A DNA stretch of 19,625 bases. It comes from an uncultured archaeon. Its GTDB lineage: Archaea > Asgardarchaeota > Heimdallarchaeia > Heimdallarchaeales > Heimdallarchaeaceae. Shown piece after piece: positions 8,036 through 16,861 of this stretch. The stretch is from assembly GCA_964549075.1 (NCBI GenBank), contig CAZJUB010000021.1, positions 1-19,625 of the forward strand, read 5' to 3'. The translations under genes were made by a program, and so were the position numbers. Numbering within the stretch: the first letter of the stretch is position 1; every line of letters begins with the position of its first letter. The notes below the pieces were generated by a model. That model searched no databases. It saw nothing but the letters and a program-made list of their open reading frames with translations, and was not told the origin of the DNA.

Positions 8036-8071
8036 ACCTTTTAGTGAAGGTTTCAACCTTCTTAACAAGGT
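8036..8071. repeat. 36-bp dyad directly upstream of recombinase (candidate recombination/binding site)
   Basis: ACCTT-TTAGT-GAAGGTT-TC-AACCTTC-TTAAC-AAGGT; perfect 7-bp inner arms around a central TC, with 5-bp outer arms on the same axis. Confidence 0.7.
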
Positions 8072-8075
8072 TAAT

Positions 8076-8807
8076 ATGATCCGCTGTGTAATTTATGTGA
8101 GAACATCAACCGCTGACCAAGAATCAGGGTTAGAGACTCAAATTGATGATGTTTCTGCGAAAATCTACCAAGCAGGAGATCGCGAAATAGTTAAGATAAT
8201 TCGAGATGAAGATACTCCTGGTGATAGTGATCCTGAATACAGAGAGGGATTTACAGAAGTACTTGAAATGGCTAGAAACGGTGATTTTGAAGAGCTCTGG
8301 AGTCAATCTAGAGACAGACTTTCCAGAGATGTAGATATTTTGGGATATATTAGAATCTTACTTAAAAAGAAGGAAGTATCGATTATCTGTCTAGATGATG
8401 AAGATAATAAAGCAATTGCCAGAGTAAAAGATCTATTTGGGGAAATGGAATTAGAAAAATATCGTGAAAAACGATACAAAGGCATGTTACGAAGGATAAA
8501 TGAGAAAAAAGTAATGTCTAGACCACCTTTTGGTTATGCTGTAGATGATGAAGGCAATTTGACAATAGATGAAAGTAAAAGAGGACTTATAAGAAGACTT
8601 TTTGGAGAATTCGATAATCCGTTTTCATCACTTAAAACTTTGAGTATGAAGTATAATATTCCAGTCTCTACACTTCGAAATATTAGATCTAATCCCATTT
8701 ATCGTACTGGAGAAGTCAGATGGGCTGGAAAAATAGCTTATTTCGTTGAACCTATAGTACCTGAAGATAAGGATCAACTCCTCAATACTGATTGGACTGG
8801 GAGTTGA
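8076..8807 (+). CDS. Serine recombinase (catalytic domain plus short recombinase DNA-binding domain)
   Basis: YVRTSTADQ (catalytic Ser), R..F..VL, SRDRLSRD, helix E, RPPFGY linker, STLRNIRSNPIYRTG...EPIV typical of the large-serine-recombinase recombinase domain; 243 aa. Confidence 0.93.
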   Translation: MIRCVIYVRTSTADQESGLETQIDDVSAKIYQAGDREIVKIIRDEDTPGDSDPEYREGFTEVLEMARNGDFEELWSQSRDRLSRDVDILGYIRILLKKKEVSIICLDDEDNKAIARVKDLFGEMELEKYREKRYKGMLRRINEKKVMSRPPFGYAVDDEGNLTIDESKRGLIRRLFGEFDNPFSSLKTLSMKYNIPVSTLRNIRSNPIYRTGEVRWAGKIAYFVEPIVPEDKDQLLNTDWTGS

Positions 8808-8812
8808 TTTTC

Positions 8813-9718
8813 TCAATCATACATCTCATGAATATATCCTTTTTCTAATTCGATTTTTACATCAGGTATGTTTTCGCTAAATCCATACTCTGTAATATAA
8901 CCACTAATTAGATTTGCAGGTATAATCTCAAAATATGGATTATAAATTTTAATTCCCTCAGGTTTATCTTTAGGCCAGAGATCGCTGGAAGAATAACTTT
9001 GAATCGTAAATGGAATTGCTTTAAGTAATAGTTTCAATGTTGAACTAACAACATATACGGGGATTTTATGCTGATATGCGAAAAGAGCTAAAGCGTGACA
9101 ACCAATCTTATTAGCAACATTTCCGTTGGGAAAAATCGTGTCAGCTCCTATAACTACTATATCAGGTTTTAAAGTAATTATAGCCATAGACATTGCTGCA
9201 TCAACTAAATAATTTACTTTATAACCTAAGTTTACAACTTCAGAAGCAAGTTTTTTCCCTTCTAAAGCAGGTCTTGACTCAAAAATAGTTAATTCCGGTA
9301 ATTTTTCTTTTTCTGACTCTTCTGCAAGTTGTTTAAGGCTATTATATAAGGTGCTTGATCTTGAAAAAGTCATTACGTTCTTGCATTTTGAAATTATAGG
9401 TATTAGGTTTTGATTAACACTTTTTCTTTGGGTATCCATTTTGTCAATGACTCTTTCAGCTAGTTTCTCTACTGGAATACCAATTTGGAAGAAATCTATA
9501 AAATAAATAAGTACGTTTCTTAAAGCAGACATCTCTTTTTTAATTGTTATAACTTTTCTAAGCATTTCTATGAGATCCATAATATTTCCATATCTTTTCG
9601 GATCATTATCGATCTCTTGTTTAACAATTTGTATGGCTTTACGTACTATTTCTTCTGAACCACTAATTTTATCAGTTTTTAATTTCGCAATTTCAGCTTC
9701 AAATGTTTCGGAATACAC
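8813..9718 (-). CDS. eIF2B alpha/beta/delta family protein (aIF-2B-like; R15P isomerase/MtnA superfamily)
   Basis: DKISGS, TFSRSST, FESRPALEG, LVDAAM, VIGADTI, NKIGC, NPYFE, YITEYG; GTG start. Confidence 0.88.
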   Translation of the reverse strand: MYSETFEAEIAKLKTDKISGSEEIVRKAIQIVKQEIDNDPKRYGNIMDLIEMLRKVITIKKEMSALRNVLIYFIDFFQIGIPVEKLAERVIDKMDTQRKSVNQNLIPIISKCKNVMTFSRSSTLYNSLKQLAEESEKEKLPELTIFESRPALEGKKLASEVVNLGYKVNYLVDAAMSMAIITLKPDIVVIGADTIFPNGNVANKIGCHALALFAYQHKIPVYVVSSTLKLLLKAIPFTIQSYSSSDLWPKDKPEGIKIYNPYFEIIPANLISGYITEYGFSENIPDVKIELEKGYIHEMYD

Positions 9719-9775
9719 AAAGCTATTGCTAGAAGTGCATTTAAAAACTTGTTTTTTAATAAGAATTTGACTTAT

Positions 9776-10510
9776 CTATTTGGAAAAGAGCTCTTTTTCT
9801 TCCTCTATTATGCTTATGAAAAGATTATCTAATCTATGAGTCAAGTGAATAATATCAGGAGGTAATATCCTCATTTTTGTTTTATTAAACCAATTTAGAA
9901 CAGTCTGATAATACTCATCTCTTACCATCATATCTTTCTCTAAACGAATAATTAGTAAAGGAATGTCCTTATTTTCAGGTAGTATATCATCTAAGTTTCT
10001 TCCTACTTTTCTGATACAATGATTGTATTCTTTTTTCATATTTCTAGCACCATATCTAAGAAACATGTAAAGACCTTCAAATGAGGCTGGAACAGCTTTT
10101 TTGAAGTTAAAACCAGCAATGATAAGATTCATAGGAAAAAGTAGTGCTATTAAAATTGCAAAGAAATAGATAATTGGAACTGGAAGACGAAACATAAAGT
10201 TTAGAAACCAATGCACATCTTGAATGTGTGCTGCACCAACTAAAACAACTCCTCTACATCTTGTAAGATTTTTCCATCCTAACAGTTCAAGAATATTTGA
10301 TCCACCCATACTATATCCAATCAGCATGTATTCACGGTTTTTTGGCATTAGTGATTCTATTTCTTCAAGATGCTCCTCTATTGTAAATCTATTTTGGTTT
10401 GTAGTATGCGCAAAGTTTTCTTTCCCAAACTTCTCCTCATATATAGGATACTCTCTATCATAGTTTGAGAAACCAGCTGCTAGTATCATAAAAGGATCAT
10501 TCTTGACCAT
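9776..10510 (-). CDS. Alpha/beta hydrolase
   Basis: Nucleophile elbow IGYSMGG, oxyanion-like AAGFS, Asp (KDMMV) and His (IHLTH) candidates; hydrophobic cap segment. Confidence 0.82.
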   Translation of the reverse strand: MVKNDPFMILAAGFSNYDREYPIYEEKFGKENFAHTTNQNRFTIEEHLEEIESLMPKNREYMLIGYSMGGSNILELLGWKNLTRCRGVVLVGAAHIQDVHWFLNFMFRLPVPIIYFFAILIALLFPMNLIIAGFNFKKAVPASFEGLYMFLRYGARNMKKEYNHCIRKVGRNLDDILPENKDIPLLIIRLEKDMMVRDEYYQTVLNWFNKTKMRILPPDIIHLTHRLDNLFISIIEEEKELFSK

Positions 10511-10602
10511 GAAAGAAAAATGTGTGGGAGTCGTTATTAAATGTTATTTGTTCATATTGTTTTTAGGACAAACTCTAAAAAGTAGCTTATTGTCACTATT
10601 TT

Positions 10603-11511
10603 ATGGATACTTTACTCTTTACTATTTCAATAATTTCAGGGTTAGTTTATGCTGCTCTGTATAATATTGGATTTGTATTAGAGAAAAAGGCTATTTTATT
10701 GCTTCCATCAGAGAAGAAGGAGGGAACTCTAAATCTAATTAAATCAATTTTGACAAATAAACTCTGGTTATTAGGATTAATTTTGACTGTATCTAGTATG
10801 GGTTTCTATTTTCTTGCATTGCTTTGGGCACCTTTAAGTGCTATAGCACCTCTTTCTGGTTTTGGTTTGGTTGTATTAGTTGTATATGCACATCTTGATT
10901 TAAAGGAATCCTTGAAAAAACTAGAATTAGTAGGTGTTGGATTAGTTGTTATAGGGATAGCTACTTCATCCTACCTAATGAGTTTTGGGGAAAGATCTAT
11001 TCAATGGGAAGAATGGAAGACTGTTTCTCACTCAGTAAATGGAGCTTTAGTAGTTATAGGAAGTCTAGTTGTAGCTATTCTCTTTACATTTGTTCCTGTA
11101 TTATTTAAAAAGAAGATACGTCCCTTCGATATTGCAATCTTTGCAGGATTAATGGCAGGAATACAAGCTATAGCTGTTAAAGGTATTTCAGTATGGTCAA
11201 CTGAACAAAATATTGATCTAGATTTAGCTATAATTGTTATCTATGTTTTAATTGTATTAATAACAGCGTTATTATCAACAGGAAGTCTTCAATTTGCTTT
11301 TAAAGAAGGAAAAGTATCTAGAATAATGGCAATTTATAATGGCGTTATGACTATTTTTCCAATATTATTTGGTGCGATAATCCTTCTAGAATGGAATTCC
11401 CTCTTACCTATTCAACAAATTTCTCTTGCTATTTCACTTGTGATAATAACAATTGGAGTTATTCTTTTAAGCTTGAGACATAATCAACCTTATATTGAAA
11501 CCAATCTTTGA
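10603..11511 (+). CDS. DMT superfamily transporter, NIPA/DUF803-like
   Basis: About 9 TM; GFVLEKK, LWLLGL, ALLWAPLSAIAPLSGFGLV...AHLDLKE, LQFAF pattern. Confidence 0.78.
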   Translation: MDTLLFTISIISGLVYAALYNIGFVLEKKAILLLPSEKKEGTLNLIKSILTNKLWLLGLILTVSSMGFYFLALLWAPLSAIAPLSGFGLVVLVVYAHLDLKESLKKLELVGVGLVVIGIATSSYLMSFGERSIQWEEWKTVSHSVNGALVVIGSLVVAILFTFVPVLFKKKIRPFDIAIFAGLMAGIQAIAVKGISVWSTEQNIDLDLAIIVIYVLIVLITALLSTGSLQFAFKEGKVSRIMAIYNGVMTIFPILFGAIILLEWNSLLPIQQISLAISLVIITIGVILLSLRHNQPYIETNL

Positions 11512-12836
11512 GTAATTTTCTCTACTTCTTCTAAAGTGCTTTCAATATCTCGATTTACTAATTCAGAATCGTGAATTAGAAGATTTCCGTTTACAATTGC
11601 ATTTTTGACATCATTTCCTTTCATTGAGTAAGCAAAATGATTTAACACATACTCCGGTTCATAGTTTGGTGTTAAATGAGGTTTCTTTAGATTAATAGTT
11701 ATAATGTCTGCAATCGAATCTTGAGAGAGAGTTCCTAAACCTTCCCAATTAAGAGCTTTTGCTCCACCAATTGTAGCTAATTTAAACACTTCTTCAGCTT
11801 GAACTAGAGTTGGTTTATGGTGATAGCCTTTATAGTACAAAGCTACGAATCTAATTGTATCAAATAAATCAAGTGTGTTGTTACTAGAAGGACCGTCAGT
11901 ACCTAAACCTACATTATCAACTTGCTCTAGTATTTTTGGAACAGGAGGCATATAGTTCCCGAGTTTAGCATTTGATAATGGATTTAGAGACAGTTTTGTT
12001 TCTCTTTCCTTTAACCTTATAAGATCACTATCATTTACATGTATGCAATGAGCAGCAATCAAATTTTCATCTAATACATTAATCGAGTCAAGTAATTCAA
12101 CTGGTGTTTTTACATTTGGAAAATCTTGATTATATTTCTTGTTGAAATCTCTACTATCTTGCATCTCTGTTTCAGATTCAGCAAGATGGGTATGTATCAA
12201 GAGCTTTGGTTTCTCGCTTTCTAAGTTGTATTCAGAAGCATATTCATGTGCTTTTTGAAAATCTGATAAAGTAACTGTATAAGGAGAATGAAGTGATAAA
12301 GTTACTCTTATTAACTCATCAGACGTGTCATGATGTTTTTCTACTATATCTATTGCATCTTCAAAAGTTGTTATTCCTGTGATCAAAGGAGCCCCAATGT
12401 ATCCTCTTAAACCTATATCACTAATAGCCTTAGCTTCAAAACTTGGATACCAATACATAGAATTTACAGTTGTAACACCACTCAAAATAGATTCAATGCT
12501 ACCCAATAACGCACCTTGGTAGACATCTTCCTCAGTAAGTTTTGCTTCTAGTGGCCAAATATGGTCTTCCAACCAAGTTTTCAAAGGAAGATCATCTGCA
12601 ATTCCTCGAAAAATAGTCATTGCTAAATGAGTATGACAATTAATAAGTCCAGGAATAAGAAGCTGATTCTGATCACCAACAATATCATGTCCAGATATAT
12701 TAATTTTCATTTTTTCATATGTACCAATATCTACAATTTTATTCTCCTCAACGATGATTAAAGGATCTTTAATTATCTGTAATCTATTATTTGTGTCGTA
12801 AAAGATAGCATACCTTCCTTTGACTGCTAGTTCCAT
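11490..12836 (-). CDS. Amidohydrolase, MTA/SAH/5'-deoxyadenosine deaminase family (MtaD/DadD-like)
   Basis: PGLINCHTHLAMTIFRG, WLEDHIWPLE, HSPYT, HTHLAES, AAHC, SNAKLG, LGTDGPSSNN; 3' end overlaps the convergent DMT gene by 22 bp. Confidence 0.9.
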   Translation of the reverse strand: MELAVKGRYAIFYDTNNRLQIIKDPLIIVEENKIVDIGTYEKMKINISGHDIVGDQNQLLIPGLINCHTHLAMTIFRGIADDLPLKTWLEDHIWPLEAKLTEEDVYQGALLGSIESILSGVTTVNSMYWYPSFEAKAISDIGLRGYIGAPLITGITTFEDAIDIVEKHHDTSDELIRVTLSLHSPYTVTLSDFQKAHEYASEYNLESEKPKLLIHTHLAESETEMQDSRDFNKKYNQDFPNVKTPVELLDSINVLDENLIAAHCIHVNDSDLIRLKERETKLSLNPLSNAKLGNYMPPVPKILEQVDNVGLGTDGPSSNNTLDLFDTIRFVALYYKGYHHKPTLVQAEEVFKLATIGGAKALNWEGLGTLSQDSIADIITINLKKPHLTPNYEPEYVLNHFAYSMKGNDVKNAIVNGNLLIHDSELVNRDIESTLEEVEKITQRLVSI

Positions 12837-12880
12837 ACAAGAAAGAAAAAGAAAGAATATTTGAGTTTTTTTCTAAAGAG
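12837..12880 (-). terminator. Pyrimidine/T-rich tract downstream of the 7TM-longin gene
   Basis: Minus strand contains TTCTTTCTTTTTCTTTCTT between the two genes; could also be the initiation region of the deaminase gene. Confidence 0.3.
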
Positions 12881-14020
12881 TTATTGTGTATCAAAATCTT
12901 CAAACAAATCCATGATAGTAGGTTTACCATAAGGTAGAAAATCATCAACAAATTCTGATATTTCATTAATGTTCATAGTAGGATCAAAGTTCTTCATTAT
13001 GTTCTTCAAACCTTGTCTAATCATAACAGAAGGATGTTCACATATTATAAAACCAATATAATCCTCTTTTTCTTCAAGCATTAAAGAATATTCATCAAGA
13101 TCTATTTCACGAGGAACAACATCTTTACCTATCAATTGTCCTGCAAAATTGGAAATTGCTGTGGCTACACCTGAAATTAAGTGTTCATTAACATCATATT
13201 TACCTTCGAATAAACCAGCAAAGATACTCAATCCAGAATTATCAAAAATATGCACAGAATAAACTCTTGATGAACCATAAAGCGCACGTTTTCCACCTAA
13301 AATCATTCCAATTCCTATCATAGCTGCACCTATTGATGCAGAAATTAATTCTAGATGCAATGTTACTGCTTCAGCTGTAATTGCAAATATTGAATATAAA
13401 ATTGCACTAACAATAAAAGCTATTATTGTTCCTGCAATCATAAATGCTAGAATTTTCTTGTGCCTATCTTCCACAAATCGATATTGACGAGATAAGTACC
13501 AAGTCATCGTACCTCCAGCGAATAAAACCATCGCAGCATCAGTAATAACCCAAATAATATTAGCTTCAGTCTTAATAAAATCTAAACCACCTTCTCCATA
13601 TGGAAGAACAGAATAACTAATGTATTTTGTAGCACTATTAGGGTATCCTGCGGTTAAAGTGAGGAACACAGTAGCTCCGAAGAGAATACTACCTATAACA
13701 ACCGTCTTTGAATTCAAAGTTCTTCTAGCGCTTAAGACTCTTGCAAAAAGGACAGTAGAACCCATCGCAAACATACTACTTATTGTAGCTATAGCAGAAA
13801 ATACAAGTACAATTTTTTCATTTCCTGGTTTACTGAAAATAATTTGAAACATGTCCCCAATAATCCAACCTGCTATGCCAAAAAGAATTCCTAACATGAA
13901 ATAAACAGCAGAAGAAGCTAATTCGTACTGTTTTATGAATACAATAACAATCATGGCAATAATTATACACAAAGAAACCGCTGCATAAATAATAGATGTA
14001 ATTATCATCAACAATAACAA
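12881..14020 (-). CDS. 7-TM membrane protein with C-terminal longin-like domain
   Basis: Seven hydrophobic segments in the first ~245 aa, then VYSVHIFDNSGLSIF...EHLISGVATAISNFAGQLIG...REIDLDEYSLMLEE...IGFIIC (longin-like pattern); AAGGT SD before TTG. Confidence 0.8.
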   Translation of the reverse strand: MLLLMIITSIIYAAVSLCIIIAMIVIVFIKQYELASSAVYFMLGILFGIAGWIIGDMFQIIFSKPGNEKIVLVFSAIATISSMFAMGSTVLFARVLSARRTLNSKTVVIGSILFGATVFLTLTAGYPNSATKYISYSVLPYGEGGLDFIKTEANIIWVITDAAMVLFAGGTMTWYLSRQYRFVEDRHKKILAFMIAGTIIAFIVSAILYSIFAITAEAVTLHLELISASIGAAMIGIGMILGGKRALYGSSRVYSVHIFDNSGLSIFAGLFEGKYDVNEHLISGVATAISNFAGQLIGKDVVPREIDLDEYSLMLEEKEDYIGFIICEHPSVMIRQGLKNIMKNFDPTMNINEISEFVDDFLPYGKPTIMDLFEDFDTQ

Positions 14021-14080
14021 TTACTACCTTTTTTTAAGTTTAATGCTATTTTTTAGAGAAGAAGATTTTTGAAAGCTCTT

Positions 14081-15145
14081 TCAATTTTTATCATTTAATA
14101 GATAGACTGGTCTATATGGGAATATAGGAATAATTTTATTGCATTTTGGACATCTATTATCCTCTGTTAGTTTACTGAAAGTCACAGAAAAAATATCTCT
14201 CTTAATTAATAATTCTGAACATTCAGGACAATAAGTGCTTTCGAAGGGATGGCCAGGAATGTTTCCGAGATAAACAAATTCAAGTCCTTCATTCTTTGCA
14301 ATCATATGTGCTTTTTGAAGAACTGAGATTGAAGTTTTTTCTATTTTTGAAATATGTGAGGGAAAATATCTTATGAAATGTACTGGTGTATAAGGTGATA
14401 GATTTTTCAAAACTTTTTGAGAGAAATCTCTAATAAACTCTTCATCGTCATTAATAGTTGGAATAACCAAATAAACAAGTTCAACATGTACTCCTCGTTG
14501 ATAAGCAATTTGAAGATTTTCCCAGATATACTTATCTTTAATCTCTAATAGACAATCCACAATATTTTCCGTTCCTTTAAAGCTTACAGTTAAGCCATTC
14601 ATTCCGTTCTCAATAAGAATATCAAGAGCTTCTCCAGTCATATATCCATTAGAGACAAACATTTTGTAAAAATTGTTTGAAAGCATTTGAAAAACATCTA
14701 CTGCAAACTCAAATGAGAGCGTGGGTTCATTAAATGAAAAACAAACACCATTTATGGATGGATTAAAATTAGCATTTTCTATCACTTTTTCAGCAGTCAT
14801 AAGACTAGCATCTGTATATTTCTCTGGAGGTGGTCTTTTGGTTATGTCCCAATTGAGACACCAGTCACATGTGAAATTACACCCCCATGAACCTAAAGTT
14901 AATGCTGTAGAACCAGGAAAATAGTGATAAGCAGGTTTTTTTTCAATGGGATTTAAGCTATAGCTTGAGATATCACCATACTGTATAGTATAGATTTTAC
15001 CTCCTATATTTTTTCTAGTTTTGCAAAAACCTAATTCACCTTCTTTAATAGAACACATCCTTCGACAAATTAAACATTGTACAGAATCATTGTTCAGTTT
15101 TTTTTGAAGATATGATTCTTTTATCCTAGGATCTTTGTCTATCAA
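14081..15145 (-). CDS. amrS: AmmeMemoRadiSam system radical SAM enzyme (PFL-activase-like)
   Basis: N-terminal CLICRRMC...GFCKTR, PIEKKP, GCNFTCDWCLNWDI (CxxxCxxC), SFNEP, SNGY, YLGN, C-terminal CPEC/CPKC. Confidence 0.88.
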   Translation of the reverse strand: MIDKDPRIKESYLQKKLNNDSVQCLICRRMCSIKEGELGFCKTRKNIGGKIYTIQYGDISSYSLNPIEKKPAYHYFPGSTALTLGSWGCNFTCDWCLNWDITKRPPPEKYTDASLMTAEKVIENANFNPSINGVCFSFNEPTLSFEFAVDVFQMLSNNFYKMFVSNGYMTGEALDILIENGMNGLTVSFKGTENIVDCLLEIKDKYIWENLQIAYQRGVHVELVYLVIPTINDDEEFIRDFSQKVLKNLSPYTPVHFIRYFPSHISKIEKTSISVLQKAHMIAKNEGLEFVYLGNIPGHPFESTYCPECSELLIKRDIFSVTFSKLTEDNRCPKCNKIIPIFPYRPVYLLNDKN

Positions 15146-15219
15146 AGTGGTTCACTTTTTAGCTAATTATTCTGGTTAAATATCTTTTGTAAGTTTTAGT
15201 AGCTATGAAGTGACTTTTT

Positions 15220-16677
15220 TCAGAATATTCCGAATAAAGCTCTAGCAATAGGTATAATCACACCTAGTGATGCTAACACCTTAGGTCCCCAAGTCTGAAG
15301 GTAGTATCGCGCATCTCTGACAACTCGCAGATTAAAAATTTGAGTCTCGATTGGTTCGTTATTAGCATTCAAGTCTAAAGCAACTAAGTTAGAACCAATA
15401 TTTTCTGAATGAGCTGATATCCAAATAGCAGTTCCAGTAAATATTACTCCTGTGACTAATCTCACTAATTGTCGTTTATCTTCAGTTAAGAATTCTGAAG
15501 TGTCTTTAGGTATAGCAACAAATGGATCAAAAGCATTTATTGTAAAGGAAATTTCTAAGTCATGAGGTGAGAGGTCATCTGCACCTATATAATTCATAGT
15601 TACTTCTTGCTCTCCATTTTCCTCTTTCCTGTTTAATATAAAGAAGAAAATATCTTGTGACTCTTCCTTTTTTTGTGTTGGTGGTACTGCAGAAATAATC
15701 CAAAAATCTTTGATATCTATCTCTTCTGGAGTTTCTGTGAGAGTCAGAATAATTCTATCAATTATCAAGAAAAGTTCAGGAGTTTGTTTATTGAGATGAG
15801 TAAAAATTCTATCCCAAACATTCAAATTTAAATCATCACCTTTTAGAATTTTTTCAGCTAATGACATAGGAACTATGCGATATAATTCTTTCTTAAGAAA
15901 TTCCTTATCAATAATTTTCGGAAATCTATAATGAAGATAGAGTAAAACAAGAACATTTTGGACAGCTAATGGTTTTCGTTGTTTTTCAGGTTTAAGATTG
16001 GGAGCAAATTCAGGAACAATATTTTCTGAGATTTCTTCACTCCATTGATAAAATTTGACTCTAGTGATTGGATCTACAAGAGTGGAAATACCATCATAAA
16101 TCATCATATTCAAAATGTATGGATGTCTTGTAGCTTCATAATATTTGACTAATCCTCCGACACTTAAACCAGTTAATGTTGGTACTCGTATAATGATTGA
16201 TGCTGCTATAGCAAAAATTATTGCACTGATTGACAAATAGGTCGCAACGGTTTTACCACTGCCTGCCGAGAGAGCAAAGAGATTTTCTATTTGTGTTGGA
16301 AGATAAAGCGCTGCTGCATATAACGCGTATGCTAAAACAGCTAGAAATAAGATAATTATCAGATACAAATTACTTTGCTTGTATTTTTTCTCAAGATTTC
16401 TAAATCCAGCTGCAGAATTAATCGGTGTTCCTCTTTTAATTAGTTTATGAACTTCATTATCAAAAGCAAGAGATACTAAAACGCCGTTAAAAGCTAGAAT
16501 AAGGCTGTTTCCAAGGAAGAGATACCACGCAAGATCAACTAACCAATTTAAAGCAGTTGCTGTTTCAATTTCAAAATAAATCAACCCTGTTATCACTCCT
16601 GCTGGAAAGATGAATAGAAGAACTCTTCCAACCCATCTCGAATAAAGATTTACCAATCTAGAAAATATCGAAACCAT
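15220..16677 (-). CDS. Hypothetical membrane protein (about 4 N-terminal TM, large soluble domain, C-terminal hydrophobic tail)
   Basis: 485-aa ATG ORF with clear hydropathy pattern; no recognised motif. Confidence 0.8.
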   Translation of the reverse strand: MVSIFSRLVNLYSRWVGRVLLFIFPAGVITGLIYFEIETATALNWLVDLAWYLFLGNSLILAFNGVLVSLAFDNEVHKLIKRGTPINSAAGFRNLEKKYKQSNLYLIIILFLAVLAYALYAAALYLPTQIENLFALSAGSGKTVATYLSISAIIFAIAASIIIRVPTLTGLSVGGLVKYYEATRHPYILNMMIYDGISTLVDPITRVKFYQWSEEISENIVPEFAPNLKPEKQRKPLAVQNVLVLLYLHYRFPKIIDKEFLKKELYRIVPMSLAEKILKGDDLNLNVWDRIFTHLNKQTPELFLIIDRIILTLTETPEEIDIKDFWIISAVPPTQKKEESQDIFFFILNRKEENGEQEVTMNYIGADDLSPHDLEISFTINAFDPFVAIPKDTSEFLTEDKRQLVRLVTGVIFTGTAIWISAHSENIGSNLVALDLNANNEPIETQIFNLRVVRDARYYLQTWGPKVLASLGVIIPIARALFGIF

Positions 16678-16861
16678 GAAGAAAAAATGTTTCTAGTTGA
16701 ATATATAGTTTTTGCAGTTAAAGAATCAAATTCAATCCTTTGAGCTTATTTTAATTTTTCTAGTTTGTTTTTGGAAAATAAATCTTTGAATTTCATTTGA
16801 TTTTAGAAAAATACTAGAAATCTTTTTCAATTCCTAAAAAAACAACATTCTGAGTTCTATC

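Noticed and set aside
6333-8812. Calling the GTPase-recombinase block an IS, IS607 element or provirus
   Set aside because: No TnpB or transposase, no N-terminal HTH on the recombinase, no terminal repeats, target duplication or viral genes visible.
16690-16820. TTTCTAGT(T) copies at 16690, 16757 and inverted at 16813
   Set aside because: Short, AT-rich and irregularly spaced; cannot be told from chance without comparative data.
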